32,000 nucleotides of DNA from Candidatus Saccharimonadota bacterium (GTDB lineage Bacteria; Patescibacteriota; Gracilibacteria; UBA1369; 2-02-FULL-48-14), in the NCBI GenBank assembly GCA_016699145.1, contig CP064962.1:480001-512000 (forward strand), read 5' to 3'. Below, piece after piece: positions 7,449-17,213 of the stretch. A model generated the notes under the pieces. That model was not told where the DNA came from. It saw nothing but the letters and a program-made list of their open reading frames with translations, and made no database searches. Made by a program: the position numbers and the translations under genes. Positions within the stretch are counted from its first letter, which is position 1. Each line of letters starts with the position of its first letter.

Positions 7449-9784
7449 TGATCGACAATTTTTTGCTTCAGCATCGCGATGAGCTTGTCCTTCTTTTTGG
7501 CGACCGCTTTGTTGCGCTGGGCCGCACGCGTGATCATGTCCATAGCCAGGTGATAAAAATCCGTTTCGTTCACAACTTTCAAATCAAAAGGTGTTGTCGT
7601 AGAGCCACGCTCTTGGTAGCCATGCAGACTGAATCGCTGAGGGTCCACAAATGGCCACAGAATCTGCTCCATGTCGTTAGTATAACCATGATAGTTGATG
7701 ACCACAGGACGGTCCGGGGTGAAATACTTTTCTACCTCCGTACGACTCAAGGCAGCATGTGAATGAGCGCGAGAACAATAATCTCCCATACAAAGGCCGG
7801 TGAGCTCTGAAATATTCACGTAGCGAACCTTCATTTCGGGCACCAGCTCTCTGCAAAGTTTCACGGCATGCAAGGCTTCTTGCGTCATATAGTCCCCAGC
7901 CGACGCCAGCACCACATCGGGGTTTTTGCTGCCCTCTTTTCCACCCACCCATTCCCAAATGGCGATGCCTTTTTTAGCTTGTTCGCGCGCCTCCTCAAGA
8001 GTGAGCCATTGAGGAACTTCGCGTTTGTCCGCCACAATCACACTGATGGTGTTGGGGCGCTGATACGCCTCTTCCAAAGCCACCAAAAAACTATTGGCAT
8101 CTGCGGGATAATAAACCTGGCAAAACTCCCCGTGTTTTTGCAAAACATTGCTCACAAAACTGGGGTTTTGATGGGAATAGCCGTTGTGTTCCTGCCTCCA
8201 ACCCACGCTCCCCAAATGGTAAACAAGCGGCGGAACGGGCCTTCGCCAATGAATCTTAAAACTCTGCTTCAGGAACTTGGCATACTGATCCACCATACTC
8301 GCAATGATGGTCAAAAAGGCTTCATAACTGGAGAAAAATCCATAACGTCCCGTGAGCGTATAACCCATCATCCAACCTTGCAAACTGTGCTCTGAAAGCA
8401 CTTCCAAAATGCGTCCTCCATATTTCATGTGCTCATCGTTTTTATTGAGCGGCCACAGAAATTCGCGCCCCGTAACTTCAAAAGGAGCCTTGATCAAATT
8501 GGACTGCAATTCATCCGGACAAAAAATGCGGAACGTTTTAGGATTGAGTTTGATCACATCGCGCAAAAATTGTCCGCCCACCGGAGTGCTGCCCATTTGC
8601 AAATGGCCGCGCTTATTCACGCGTACCGCATACTTCGAAAGGGAAGGCAATTTGAGCGGCTTCATCATATTTCCACCGATGGCATGCTTGCACATCCCAA
8701 TGCGCTTTGACCCCGTCGGCAAAAATTCCACCACTTCAGGCTTGGGCTGACCTTTGGCATCCACAAGTTCATGAATCTTATACAGCTTGAGCCACGATTC
8801 TATGGCCTTGCGCGCAATGGGGTCTTTTTTAGGATGATCCACTGGAACCCCATGCGCACGAAAAGAACCTTCCACGCTGTGCCCCTGGAACTTCGCAATG
8901 CCCTTCCAACCCTTGGGCGAGCGTAGCAAAATCACCGGCCACTTGGGTTTTAAATACGGTTTTTTACTGGCACGCGCTTTCTTTTGAATCGCACGGATGT
9001 TTTGATAAGCCTTCTCCATCACTTCCATCATTTTCTTTTCCAAATTCGGAGCTTCGACAATCATAGGTTCATAGCCGTAACCTGTGAACAGCGCACGGAG
9101 TTCAGCATCGTCCATGCGTCCAAACAAAGTGGGGTTCGAAATTTTATACCCGTTGATGTGCACAATCGGCAGCACCGCCCCCGATGTACTCGGATTCAAA
9201 AATTTATTGCTGTGCCACGCCGCCGCAATGGGACCCGTCTCCGCCTCTCCATCCCCCACAATGGCCACCGCAATCAAATTCGGATTGTCCATCACCGCAC
9301 CAAACGCTGTCGCCAAACTGTAACCCAGCTCACCTCCCTCCAAAATGGACCCAGGTACACCGGGTGTCACGTGACTGGGAAAGAGCGTGTGAGGCCAGCT
9401 GAAATCATGGATGAGTTTGGCCATTCCTTGCGCGTTTCGAGGGTAATCTTTATAAAATTCACCCATTGTTTTTTCGGCAAACAAATTGGCTAAAATGGCG
9501 GGCGCACCATGGCCTGGCCCTGTAATGATGAGCATTTCACACGCATGCTTCCACACCAAATAATTCAGATGTGCATAAATAAAATTGAGGCCCGGCACTG
9601 TGCCCCAGTGCCCCAAAATGCGCTCTTTAATATGCTCCGGTTCAAGCTTCTGCTCCAGTAAAATATTGTCCTTCAAATAAAGTTGAGCCGCCCCAATATA
9701 GTCCACATAACGCAAGTATTTTGAAAGCCACTGCAGGGCTTTTTGATCGGTTGGAGTCATGGCGTGACGTTGAGATGACACCAT
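7388..9784 (-). CDS. xfp: xylulose-5-phosphate/fructose-6-phosphate phosphoketolase
   Basis: The 798-aa protein has characteristic blocks HWGTVPGLNFIYAHLN, GPGHGAPA, EGGELGYSLATAFGAVMDNP and AIVGDGEAETGP. Confidence 0.95.
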   Translation of the reverse strand: MVSSQRHAMTPTDQKALQWLSKYLRYVDYIGAAQLYLKDNILLEQKLEPEHIKERILGHWGTVPGLNFIYAHLNYLVWKHACEMLIITGPGHGAPAILANLFAEKTMGEFYKDYPRNAQGMAKLIHDFSWPHTLFPSHVTPGVPGSILEGGELGYSLATAFGAVMDNPNLIAVAIVGDGEAETGPIAAAWHSNKFLNPSTSGAVLPIVHINGYKISNPTLFGRMDDAELRALFTGYGYEPMIVEAPNLEKKMMEVMEKAYQNIRAIQKKARASKKPYLKPKWPVILLRSPKGWKGIAKFQGHSVEGSFRAHGVPVDHPKKDPIARKAIESWLKLYKIHELVDAKGQPKPEVVEFLPTGSKRIGMCKHAIGGNMMKPLKLPSLSKYAVRVNKRGHLQMGSTPVGGQFLRDVIKLNPKTFRIFCPDELQSNLIKAPFEVTGREFLWPLNKNDEHMKYGGRILEVLSEHSLQGWMMGYTLTGRYGFFSSYEAFLTIIASMVDQYAKFLKQSFKIHWRRPVPPLVYHLGSVGWRQEHNGYSHQNPSFVSNVLQKHGEFCQVYYPADANSFLVALEEAYQRPNTISVIVADKREVPQWLTLEEAREQAKKGIAIWEWVGGKEGSKNPDVVLASAGDYMTQEALHAVKLCRELVPEMKVRYVNISELTGLCMGDYCSRAHSHAALSRTEVEKYFTPDRPVVINYHGYTNDMEQILWPFVDPQRFSLHGYQERGSTTTPFDLKVVNETDFYHLAMDMITRAAQRNKAVAKKKDKLIAMLKQKIVDHQKYITETGDDPEEVKVLRW

Positions 9785-9867
9785 CTTAAACTAAAGATAA
9801 TCCTTGAGCAATAGCATGTGGTCTTTTTTTGACTTAGCCTCTAAAATCAATTTGCACCTCCGCGCCC

Positions 9868-11013
9868 ATGTTCATTCTCGTTCTCAATGCGGGTTCCTCT
9901 TCCCTTCGTTTTTGCCTCTTCAACAAGCGGCTCGAAAAAGTTTACAAAGGACACGTGGACGCCATTGGACAAAAACACTGCCAGTTTCGTCACTACTTAA
10001 AAACCGGCGAAGAACGAATGTCACTGCGAGCACGCAGTCACAAAGCAGCGATTCATTTTGTGCTCAAAATGCTGCTCAAAGAAGGATGGGTTCATGATCT
10101 GCAAGACATTAAAAAAGTGGGGCACCGAGTGGTTCATGGCGGAGAAAAATTTATAAAGCCCCTCAAAATCAATGCCAAAAACCTTAAAGAGCTCGCGGCG
10201 CTTTCGCCGCTCGCCCCCTTGCACAATCCAGCCAATTTAGAAGCGCTCAAAGTCTGCCTAAAAGCCCTGCCAAAAGCAGTGCACACTGCCGTCTTCGACA
10301 CCGCTTTTCACAGCACGCTCCCACAAAAAGCCTTCCTCTACGGACTGCCGTATGCCCTCTACAAAAAAGAGCATTTGAGACGCTACGGATTTCACGGCAG
10401 CAGCCACAAATACGTGAGCGGCGTGGCTCAAAAAATCCTCAAAAATCCGCGTGCAAAACTCCTCACTTGCCATCTGGGCAACGGCGTGAGCATCGCCACC
10501 ATTGAAAACGGAAAAGTGCTGGACACCAGCATGGGTTTCACTCCGCTCGAAGGCCCGCTCATGGGCACGCGCAGCGGCACCCTAGACCCCGGCCTAGTGT
10601 TAGACCTAGTTAAAAAACACGGACTCAAAAAAACCGAAGACCTCCTGCAAAAAGAATCCGGCTTCAAAGGGCTTTCGCAGCTTGGATCCGACATTCGCAC
10701 CCTGTGGGCCCAACCCAAACACAAAGGCACCCTGCGTACTTTCGACGTTTTCAGCTATCAAATGGCCAAGCTGCTCTGTGGCTATTTTGCTACGCTGGGG
10801 GGCTTTCCCGACGCCATCGTCTTCACGGCCGGCATTGGCGAAAACGCTTACTATTTGCGGGAACGAATCCTGGCCTACTTAAAACCCTTTGGCTTAAAAC
10901 TGGACAACAAAGCCAATCGCGCAAACCGAACCTTGATTTCTACAAGCAAGTCTCGCATCAAAGTGCTGGTCATTCCCACCGAAGAAGAACTGCAAATCGC
11001 ACAAGAGCTTTAG
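9868..11013 (+). CDS. ackA: acetate kinase
   Basis: N-terminus is ILVLNAGSSSLRF. Also present are HRVVHGG, RRYGFHGSSH, and GIGENA near the C-terminus. Confidence 0.95.
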   Translation: MFILVLNAGSSSLRFCLFNKRLEKVYKGHVDAIGQKHCQFRHYLKTGEERMSLRARSHKAAIHFVLKMLLKEGWVHDLQDIKKVGHRVVHGGEKFIKPLKINAKNLKELAALSPLAPLHNPANLEALKVCLKALPKAVHTAVFDTAFHSTLPQKAFLYGLPYALYKKEHLRRYGFHGSSHKYVSGVAQKILKNPRAKLLTCHLGNGVSIATIENGKVLDTSMGFTPLEGPLMGTRSGTLDPGLVLDLVKKHGLKKTEDLLQKESGFKGLSQLGSDIRTLWAQPKHKGTLRTFDVFSYQMAKLLCGYFATLGGFPDAIVFTAGIGENAYYLRERILAYLKPFGLKLDNKANRANRTLISTSKSRIKVLVIPTEEELQIAQEL

Positions 11014-11034
11014 AGCACGCGACCCAGAGGCCAC

Positions 11035-13017
11035 TCACTCGGTGAAAGAAATCTCATAAAGCGCTGACTTCGTGGTGAGCATCAGCACGTTGCGTTCCTT
11101 GTCCACATGAATGTCGGTGATGTCTTCATCCAAGTCGTCAAAGACGTATTGAGAAGCATAGGTCAAATCGTCGTTCTTGCTGCTTTTGTCATAGACGAGC
11201 ACGCGTTTGGCCTTGGAGTCCAGCACGTAAATGCGATTCATGTCCAATTCAGTAAAGACCTTAGCCCCACTTTCCATCACGGTGAGAGGTGCTTTTTTCA
11301 CGGTGTATTCCACAGCTTCCCCTGCATAATATTGCAGCAGAGTCCCGTCGCTCTTCAGCACCCACACGTCTCCATCCACCGCCAAAGAAACAGCCCCTCG
11401 TAAATCCTCCCCTTCGGGCAAATAGGCCTGAGCGCCGGAATACCCGGAATTGCCTTTTTGATACCTCCAAATTTGATTTTCAGAAGGATTCAAAATGTAA
11501 ATCTTGTTGGAATAAGTTGCCACGTCGAGTCCGCTCTTCCAATCCACATCCGCCGTATCGGCGAATTGACTGTTGCCTTCACTGTACTCCATCAACTTGC
11601 CCGCAAAAGTGAGCAAAACCACCGCGTTGTAGTCACTAAACGAACGTGCAGCGATGACTTTTTCGGCGCTATCGATGCTGTCGGGTGTTTGCACTTGATC
11701 GGTCAAAACTTGAAAAGCCTGAGTGTCAGTGAAAACCACCAGTTGATCGGAATGCGCCTCCACTCCAATAATCTGCCCGCCAGAACTCATTTTATCGCTG
11801 AAATCCGCCACCAACTTGAGCTCGTCATCCACATGAAAAACATTGTCTAAAAAGTCGCGTTGTTCCTCAATGTCATCCAGGGTTTGGCTGGCCGTAGAGC
11901 CCAAATAACCGGAATCGAGCACTTCCACAGCCAAAGTTTGCGCTTCATCCAAAAGAGTGGCCGCCTCCGCTTTATCGAAGGTGCCGCGCGTGGAAGCTAA
12001 ACTGATATTGGCTTCGGCTTGATCCAATTTGGCCTGAAATTCATTGATCTTTTTCTGTTCACCCAAAGTTTGTCTGAGCACCAAAGTACCCACAACTCCC
12101 AAGACAAAAAGCACCACAATGGCACTCAAAAGCTTCTTCTTCTCCCAATGTCGAACCTGTCTCAAAGCAGAAAATCGATCTTCTTTTAAGGCAAACTCAC
12201 GCAAACGAGCCACGGCTTTAGAAACTTGCTCCTTGGTTTTATTGCGTTTGGAAGGAGTGTCTTCATCTTCAAGATCCATCTTCGCATGGGTCGCCATCGC
12301 CGCTTCCTCTTCTTCATCGCCCATTTTTTGGGCATGAACCGCCGGACGCAATTCTTCCGTTTTTTCCAAAACTTCAAAAGCCAACATGGCCATTTGATCC
12401 TCCACATCCGGATGCAAGAGTTGCTCCAATTCTTTGGCGGCCTCCGCCAAATTCTGCTCTGAAAAAATCTTAGCCAAATCCGTAGGCGTAACGTACTGAA
12501 CCAAAGGCCCAGTGACAAAGACCACATTGTCCCCAACTTCTAGAACCCCACTGGCAATATTTTGAAACAAATCTTCCTTGTTTTTTTCATCAAAGAGTCC
12601 TTCAGTAATGGAACTCACATGACGTTTTCGCAGCAAATAACCATGCGCATCCCCCCGTTGAGAGATGAACAAATAGTCCTTTTGCACCACTCCAATCAAC
12701 ATGTGCACATTGGGCATGAACTTCACCTCCAGCTCCTTTTCTTTTTCTAAAGCCATGTGATTGATTTCACGCAATGCATTTTCAAAACGTTCGTAGGGAT
12801 CACCGGCAAGATCATCCAAAAAGTGATCCTGCAAGAGTTGAAAGGCTTCTTTCGCAATTTCAGCGGAAGGCACTTGAGTGCTCGACACCGAAATCAAAAG
12901 GAAAAGGGCAATCTTTTCTTTACCGAGCCCATCATCCCACTCCGTATAGTAGTGTTCTGTAAAACCCAGCGGACGACGACCTAATAAAAGAGATTGTTGT
13001 TGAAGTTGTAGAAACAT
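11035..13017 (-). CDS. hypothetical bitopic membrane protein (cytoplasmic N-domain, acidic linker, one TM, large extracytoplasmic C-domain)
   Basis: 660-aa ORF. TM helix LLSAIVVLFVLGVVGTLVL lies mid-protein. The N-domain loosely resembles a PP2C/SpoIIE-like fold by eye (low confidence). The C-domain has repetitive beta-rich segments. Confidence 0.6.
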   Translation of the reverse strand: MFLQLQQQSLLLGRRPLGFTEHYYTEWDDGLGKEKIALFLLISVSSTQVPSAEIAKEAFQLLQDHFLDDLAGDPYERFENALREINHMALEKEKELEVKFMPNVHMLIGVVQKDYLFISQRGDAHGYLLRKRHVSSITEGLFDEKNKEDLFQNIASGVLEVGDNVVFVTGPLVQYVTPTDLAKIFSEQNLAEAAKELEQLLHPDVEDQMAMLAFEVLEKTEELRPAVHAQKMGDEEEEAAMATHAKMDLEDEDTPSKRNKTKEQVSKAVARLREFALKEDRFSALRQVRHWEKKKLLSAIVVLFVLGVVGTLVLRQTLGEQKKINEFQAKLDQAEANISLASTRGTFDKAEAATLLDEAQTLAVEVLDSGYLGSTASQTLDDIEEQRDFLDNVFHVDDELKLVADFSDKMSSGGQIIGVEAHSDQLVVFTDTQAFQVLTDQVQTPDSIDSAEKVIAARSFSDYNAVVLLTFAGKLMEYSEGNSQFADTADVDWKSGLDVATYSNKIYILNPSENQIWRYQKGNSGYSGAQAYLPEGEDLRGAVSLAVDGDVWVLKSDGTLLQYYAGEAVEYTVKKAPLTVMESGAKVFTELDMNRIYVLDSKAKRVLVYDKSSKNDDLTYASQYVFDDLDEDITDIHVDKERNVLMLTTKSALYEISFTE

Positions 13018-13086
13018 AATGACCTAATGATTGAGCCGCATTTTACCCGTCTTTAATCTGATCCGCAAGATGCAGCTTGAACTTTC

Positions 13087-13115
13087 TTGACTTTCTCTCT
13101 TTGGACACCTAAAAT
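13087..13115 (+). promoter_or_regulatory. sigma70-like promoter for rpmH operon
   Basis: TTGACT (13087-13092), 17-nt spacer, TAAAAT (13110-13115), 20 nt upstream of the rpmH ATG. Confidence 0.55.
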
Positions 13116-13135
13116 CACCGCACTAAGCAAACTTA

Positions 13136-13288
13136 ATGTTAGGAAAACTTAAAAAACTTAAACGAGCTCGTACTCATGGCTTCCTCAAGCGCATGTCCAC
13201 TCGAAATGGACAAAAAGTGGTGAACCGCCGCCGTGCCAAAGGACGTCATCAGCTCACTGTTAAAGTTCCTCGTGTTAAAACAAAGTAA
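13136..13288 (+). CDS. rpmH: 50S ribosomal protein L34 (below the size cut-off of the ORF track)
   Basis: Manual translation gives [50 protein letters not shown]. This is the canonical L34 pattern (KRxRTHGF..RM.T.NG..V...RR.KGR..L). Confidence 0.9.
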   Translation: MLGKLKKLKRARTHGFLKRMSTRNGQKVVNRRRAKGRHQLTVKVPRVKTK

Positions 13289-13625
13289 GCGAATTCACGG
13301 ACGCCTTGTCTTAAAGCGCATCCTAGATGAAGGGACCTCAAAAGCAGGGCCTTTTCTGAACGTCATCACGCTGGAAAACACTCTGGGGCACACCCGTTAT
13401 GCCGCCCTTGTAGGGAAGAAACTGGCCCGTACAGCCGTGGTGCGCAACCATAAACGCCGCCAAATCTACGAAATCATCCGCTTGCTCGAAAAAAATAAAA
13501 TTATATGCGAAGACCAAAACCTTGATATAGTACTCATCGCCCGCAGCGCGACCATGAAAAGCGACTTCACCACTCTTTATAGAGGGTTAGAAAAAGAACT
13601 CACCTTCCTCCAAGCGTCTCTATGA
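13272..13625 (+). CDS. rnpA: ribonuclease P protein component
   Basis: [24 protein letters not shown] matches the RNase P protein RNR-type motif, and the gene follows rpmH. The track ORF begins at 13233 inside rpmH. The in-frame GTG at 13272 is my preferred start, but the start remains uncertain. Confidence 0.85.
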   Translation: MLKQSKRIHGRLVLKRILDEGTSKAGPFLNVITLENTLGHTRYAALVGKKLARTAVVRNHKRRQIYEIIRLLEKNKIICEDQNLDIVLIARSATMKSDFTTLYRGLEKELTFLQASL

Positions 13626-14845
13626 AAAATTTCAAGCTCCTCCCTTACCTCCTCATTTTCCTCAGTACTTTTTTGATTTTGCAATGGTTTCAAGGGGAAA
13701 AACAGGAAGATCCCGCGTTGAGCACCCCTGAAATCGGTTTGAAAACCGTTAAAGACGATTATGTGGTGGGTACGGATGTGCAAGTTGACGTGCAAAACAA
13801 CACTCAAGAAGTCCTGAACTTGCTTTCTCGCTGTCCCGACGCTCCCTTGGACGTGTCCCGTTTCACAGGAGAAGGCTATGAAAAAGTCGAAAGCACTCAA
13901 GAACGTTCCTGCCCAGCAGATCAAGAAGTGACCACAAGCATACTGCCAGGCGAAAAAGAAACGATTTCTCTGCTCGATTACAGCTACAGCCTATTTGGAG
14001 AACCGGGCACCTATCGCATTGGACTCAGCGGCTACAACAGCCCTGAATTCAGCATTAAAGAGCCCGGTCTTTTCCGTACTTTGTACCGAAGCTTCATTTA
14101 TGAGCCCATGCTCAACGCCCTCGCAGGTATTTTGATCTACATTCCGGGGCATCATTTGGGTTGGGCCGTGGTGATCCTCACCCTTATCATTCGAACTCTG
14201 CTGCTCATTCCATCACAAAAAGGAATGCGCGCTCAACGCCGCATGCAAGAATTGCAACCCAAACTGAACGCCCTCAAAGAAAAACATGGCCAAGATCAAA
14301 CTCGTTTGGCTCAAGAAACCATGCTACTGTGGAAAACACATAAAGTCAGTCCTTTTTCCAGCTGCCTGCCCCTACTGATTCAAATGCCCATTTTGATCGC
14401 CCTCTTTCATGTGATCAATGGAGGCCTTTCCCCAGACAAACACGGGCTGCTGTATTCGTTTTTACCCGACTTTTCGTTGGAGTCCGTGAACCCCTCTTTC
14501 CTAGGATTCAACCTCTTGGAACACAGTTATGTGGTATTGCCCTTGATTGTGGGAGGCCTACAGTTCTTGCAAATTCAACTCATGAATATGCGCAAAAACA
14601 AAAGCACTGCAGCTCTGCCCGCCGAGATGGAAGCCGCCAATAAAATGATGAAATACATCATGCCCGTAATGATTGCCGTCTTCACCGCTCAACTGCCCGC
14701 CGCCGTGGGTCTTTACTGGGGAGTCAGCACTTTCTATGGCATCGTGCAACAACTTGTGGTAAATAAAGAGCAACCAAAAACAGCATCCGCTCAGGATGAC
14801 GTTCAAATTCGTGTCATTAACCGTCACCATGGAAAAACAAATTAA
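13622..14845 (+). CDS. yidC: membrane protein insertase YidC
   Basis: N-terminal TM plus an exported domain, then the YidC/Oxa1 core (IIRTLLLIPSQKGMRAQRRMQELQPKLNALKEKHG...LPLLIQMPILIALF). Position after rnpA is conserved. Confidence 0.9.
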   Translation: MKNFKLLPYLLIFLSTFLILQWFQGEKQEDPALSTPEIGLKTVKDDYVVGTDVQVDVQNNTQEVLNLLSRCPDAPLDVSRFTGEGYEKVESTQERSCPADQEVTTSILPGEKETISLLDYSYSLFGEPGTYRIGLSGYNSPEFSIKEPGLFRTLYRSFIYEPMLNALAGILIYIPGHHLGWAVVILTLIIRTLLLIPSQKGMRAQRRMQELQPKLNALKEKHGQDQTRLAQETMLLWKTHKVSPFSSCLPLLIQMPILIALFHVINGGLSPDKHGLLYSFLPDFSLESVNPSFLGFNLLEHSYVVLPLIVGGLQFLQIQLMNMRKNKSTAALPAEMEAANKMMKYIMPVMIAVFTAQLPAAVGLYWGVSTFYGIVQQLVVNKEQPKTASAQDDVQIRVINRHHGKTN

Positions 14846-15284
14846 GAAACTCGTCTCAGAATTCCTTGTTAATCTTGGAATCGACTTCACCGATATAGAA
14901 GTCGAAGAGCTGGGCGAAAAAAATTATCGCATCAACATCATTTCTGAAGAGCCCAATCTAATGATCGGCCATCACGGAGAAAACCTGCTGGCCATGCAAA
15001 AGATCCTCACCGTCATCTTCCTTAAAATGTTCGGTGAAGACGTGCTCATCATTTTCGATGTGGACGGCTATCGCAAACGCCAAGAAGAAAACGTACTGAC
15101 CATTGCCAAGCAAAAGATCAATGAAGTGCGAAACACTCGAATCCAATCAGCTTTGCCTCCCATGTCGCCTTACTTCAGACGACTGGTTCACTTATACATT
15201 AAAGACAGTGGGTTCACAGACGTCACCACCGAGTCCATCGGTGAAGGCAATTATCGCCAAGTGATGATCAAACCCCTTGCATGA
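14829..15284 (+). CDS. jag: Jag/KhpB-like RNA-binding protein (KH + R3H)
   Basis: R3H-like SALPPMSPYFRRLVHLYI. The gene follows yidC. The ATG at 14829 (MEKQIKKLV) is preferred over the track start at 14796. Confidence 0.8.
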   Translation: MEKQIKKLVSEFLVNLGIDFTDIEVEELGEKNYRINIISEEPNLMIGHHGENLLAMQKILTVIFLKMFGEDVLIIFDVDGYRKRQEENVLTIAKQKINEVRNTRIQSALPPMSPYFRRLVHLYIKDSGFTDVTTESIGEGNYRQVMIKPLA

Positions 15285-16180
15285 AGTCTCCTTTTTTCAT
15301 CATCGGCATTGCCCTTTCTCTGCTCTTTTCTCCAGCAGTCGCTTCGGGTGCTCCGGAATTTTGGTACACCGATCTTCATGAAAACAACGAATACTACACA
15401 GCCATCTACACTCTCACCGATCAAGGCACACTCTCGGGCTACGAAGATGGAAGTTTTCAAGCGCTAAAAGAAGTGAATCGTGTGGAAGCCCTCAAAATGA
15501 TTTTGGTCAGCACCGGACACAGCGAAGAGCTGACCCATGCCGAACGTGCCCCTTTCAGTGACTTGGAAGAAGACTCTTGGTATGTGCCCTATGTGAACTA
15601 CGCCTACGAAGCCGGATTCATCAGCGGCGACCCCGAAGGCACTTTTCGCCCTCAAGATACTGTCAATCGAGCGGAAGCTCTCAAAATGCTGATCAATGCT
15701 GCGGATGACAGATCGCAGTTGCCCACTATAGAAAACGACACCTGGTACACCGCTTATCTGGATTACGCCATTGAACACGCCTTTTTGATTCCCAATGCAA
15801 ATGGGGACTACACCCCCGAAGCCCTTTTGAGCCGCGGCGAACTCGCAGAACTCATTTACCGCTTCCAAAGCCATCCGTATACCGGTGAAGTGGAATATGG
15901 GGACGCCACTTACTACGGTTATTCCTTCGATGGAGCCAACACCGCCTCGGGCACAGCCCTGGACGCTTATGGATACATGGCGGCTCACAAAACCCTGCCT
16001 TTTGGCACGCGAGTGCGCATCACCAACATTTGGAATCACACTTCCGTAATCGTGACCATTGTAGATCGCGGCCCTTATGGACCAGGACGGATCATCGATC
16101 TCACCCCGGCTGCCTTTGAAGAATTGGGCGCTCTTTCGACAGGAGTCTTGGATGTTCGCTTGGAAGTCCTGGCGGAGTGA
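15281..16180 (+). CDS. secreted SLH-repeat protein with RlpA-like double-psi beta-barrel domain
   Basis: Signal peptide MKSPFFIIGIALSLLFSPAVASG. SLH-like repeats are present (FSDLEEDSWYVPYVNYAYEAGFISGDPEGTFRP...). The C-terminus ATYYGYSFDGANTASG...LPFGTRVRITN...VIVTIVDRGPYGPGRIIDLTPAAF is RlpA/DPBB-like. Confidence 0.8.
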   Translation: MKSPFFIIGIALSLLFSPAVASGAPEFWYTDLHENNEYYTAIYTLTDQGTLSGYEDGSFQALKEVNRVEALKMILVSTGHSEELTHAERAPFSDLEEDSWYVPYVNYAYEAGFISGDPEGTFRPQDTVNRAEALKMLINAADDRSQLPTIENDTWYTAYLDYAIEHAFLIPNANGDYTPEALLSRGELAELIYRFQSHPYTGEVEYGDATYYGYSFDGANTASGTALDAYGYMAAHKTLPFGTRVRITNIWNHTSVIVTIVDRGPYGPGRIIDLTPAAFEELGALSTGVLDVRLEVLAE

Positions 16181-16195
16181 GTTAAAATAGAGCCC

Positions 16196-16567
16196 ATGAT
16201 GGACCCTCTCACCCGCACCGTTAAACCGGTGGCACACCGTCGCCTTCGCAAGCCTCTTTCCGAAGAAATTCAAAACATTTACCGTACTTTGGTCACCACT
16301 CTTCTCGTTTTAGGCATAAGCACCATGAGCTGCTATCTTTACGTGAACAGCCTAAAACCCGCTAAAGGTTACGAATTGAAAGAATTGCAAAACGAATACG
16401 AAAGCCTTCAAGCCGAACTGCGTAAACTCAATCAAAAAGTCATTGAAGCTCAATCCTTTGTGGAAATCGGTAAAAATGAAGCCATAGAACGCATGGACGA
16501 CATCAATGACCATCCGACTTCCTATGTCGACGACTCCAACCTCGCTCAACACTCCTCAGCTCACTGA
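16196..16567 (+). CDS. hypothetical bitopic protein, FtsL/DivIC-like (TM followed by coiled coil)
   Basis: TM helix LVTTLLVLGISTMSCYLYV is followed by ELKELQNEYESLQAELRKLNQKVIEAQ. The assignment rests on architecture only. Confidence 0.45.
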   Translation: MMDPLTRTVKPVAHRRLRKPLSEEIQNIYRTLVTTLLVLGISTMSCYLYVNSLKPAKGYELKELQNEYESLQAELRKLNQKVIEAQSFVEIGKNEAIERMDDINDHPTSYVDDSNLAQHSSAH

Positions 16568-17213
16568 GCTCATCCACAGGCTGGATAAGGAGTTCCCCAA
16601 GCCCGAGCCTCCCCTGCAGCATCGCAGTGTTTTTGAATTGCTCATTGCAGTGATTCTTTCGGCTCAATGCACCGATGCCCGAGTGAACACCATAACTCCG
16701 CTGCTCTTCCCAAAGAATCGCCCTTGTACACCTGAAGATCTTTTAACTTTGGGCGAAGCCAAAGTGAAGCACATCATTCATCCTTGTGGATTTTTCAACA
16801 CCAAAAGCAAGGCCATACTGGCCACTGCCGCTCAAATTCAAAAACTGGGAGGCGTGCCCAATCGCTTTGAAGAACTCATCAAATTGCCCGGCGTAGGAGG
16901 GAAAACAGCCCAAGTGATTTTAGCTCAATGGTTCAAACAAGATGCTTTCCCCGTGGACACCCACGTGCATCGCGTGTGCAACCGTTTGGGCCTGGCTCAC
17001 TCCAAGAAAAACGTCGCTAAAACTGAACGCGAGGTCAAGGCACGCGTGCCCAAAGAACACTGGAGCAAGCTGCATTTGCAACTGGTTTTTCACGGACGCA
17101 AAACTTGCACGGCCTACAAACCAAAGTGCGGGACTTGCCCGCTCTTTGATCTGTGTCAGTGGTCACAAAAGGACAAAAACGCCTCTAGAGACTCTCTGAT
17201 CTCTACTTCTTAG
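16524..17213 (+). CDS. nth: endonuclease III
   Basis: LLIAVILSAQCTDARVN. HhH-GPD motif LPGVGGKTAQVIL...VDTHV. [4Fe-4S] ligands are CTAYKPKCGTCPLFDLC. The start is uncertain (track gives 16506). Confidence 0.9.
   Translation: MSTTPTSLNTPQLTELIHRLDKEFPKPEPPLQHRSVFELLIAVILSAQCTDARVNTITPLLFPKNRPCTPEDLLTLGEAKVKHIIHPCGFFNTKSKAILATAAQIQKLGGVPNRFEELIKLPGVGGKTAQVILAQWFKQDAFPVDTHVHRVCNRLGLAHSKKNVAKTEREVKARVPKEHWSKLHLQLVFHGRKTCTAYKPKCGTCPLFDLCQWSQKDKNASRDSLISTS

Noticed and set aside
7445-9493. Several + strand ORFs (105-175 aa) and one minus-strand off-frame ORF (7677-7958)
   Set aside because: All lie inside the phosphoketolase gene. None has a motif. They are shadow ORFs.
9804-10097. 97-aa + ORF upstream of and overlapping ackA, and other off-frame ORFs within ackA
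   Set aside because: The ackA frame starting MFILVLNAGSSSLRF is clearly the genuine product.
13018-13135. oriC next to rpmH
   Set aside because: The gap is short (118 bp), no DnaA-box-like 9-mers were seen, and dnaA is absent from the window.
15464-16273. 269-aa minus-strand ORF
   Set aside because: It lies antisense to the SLH/RlpA-like gene, which has a signal peptide and recognisable domains.
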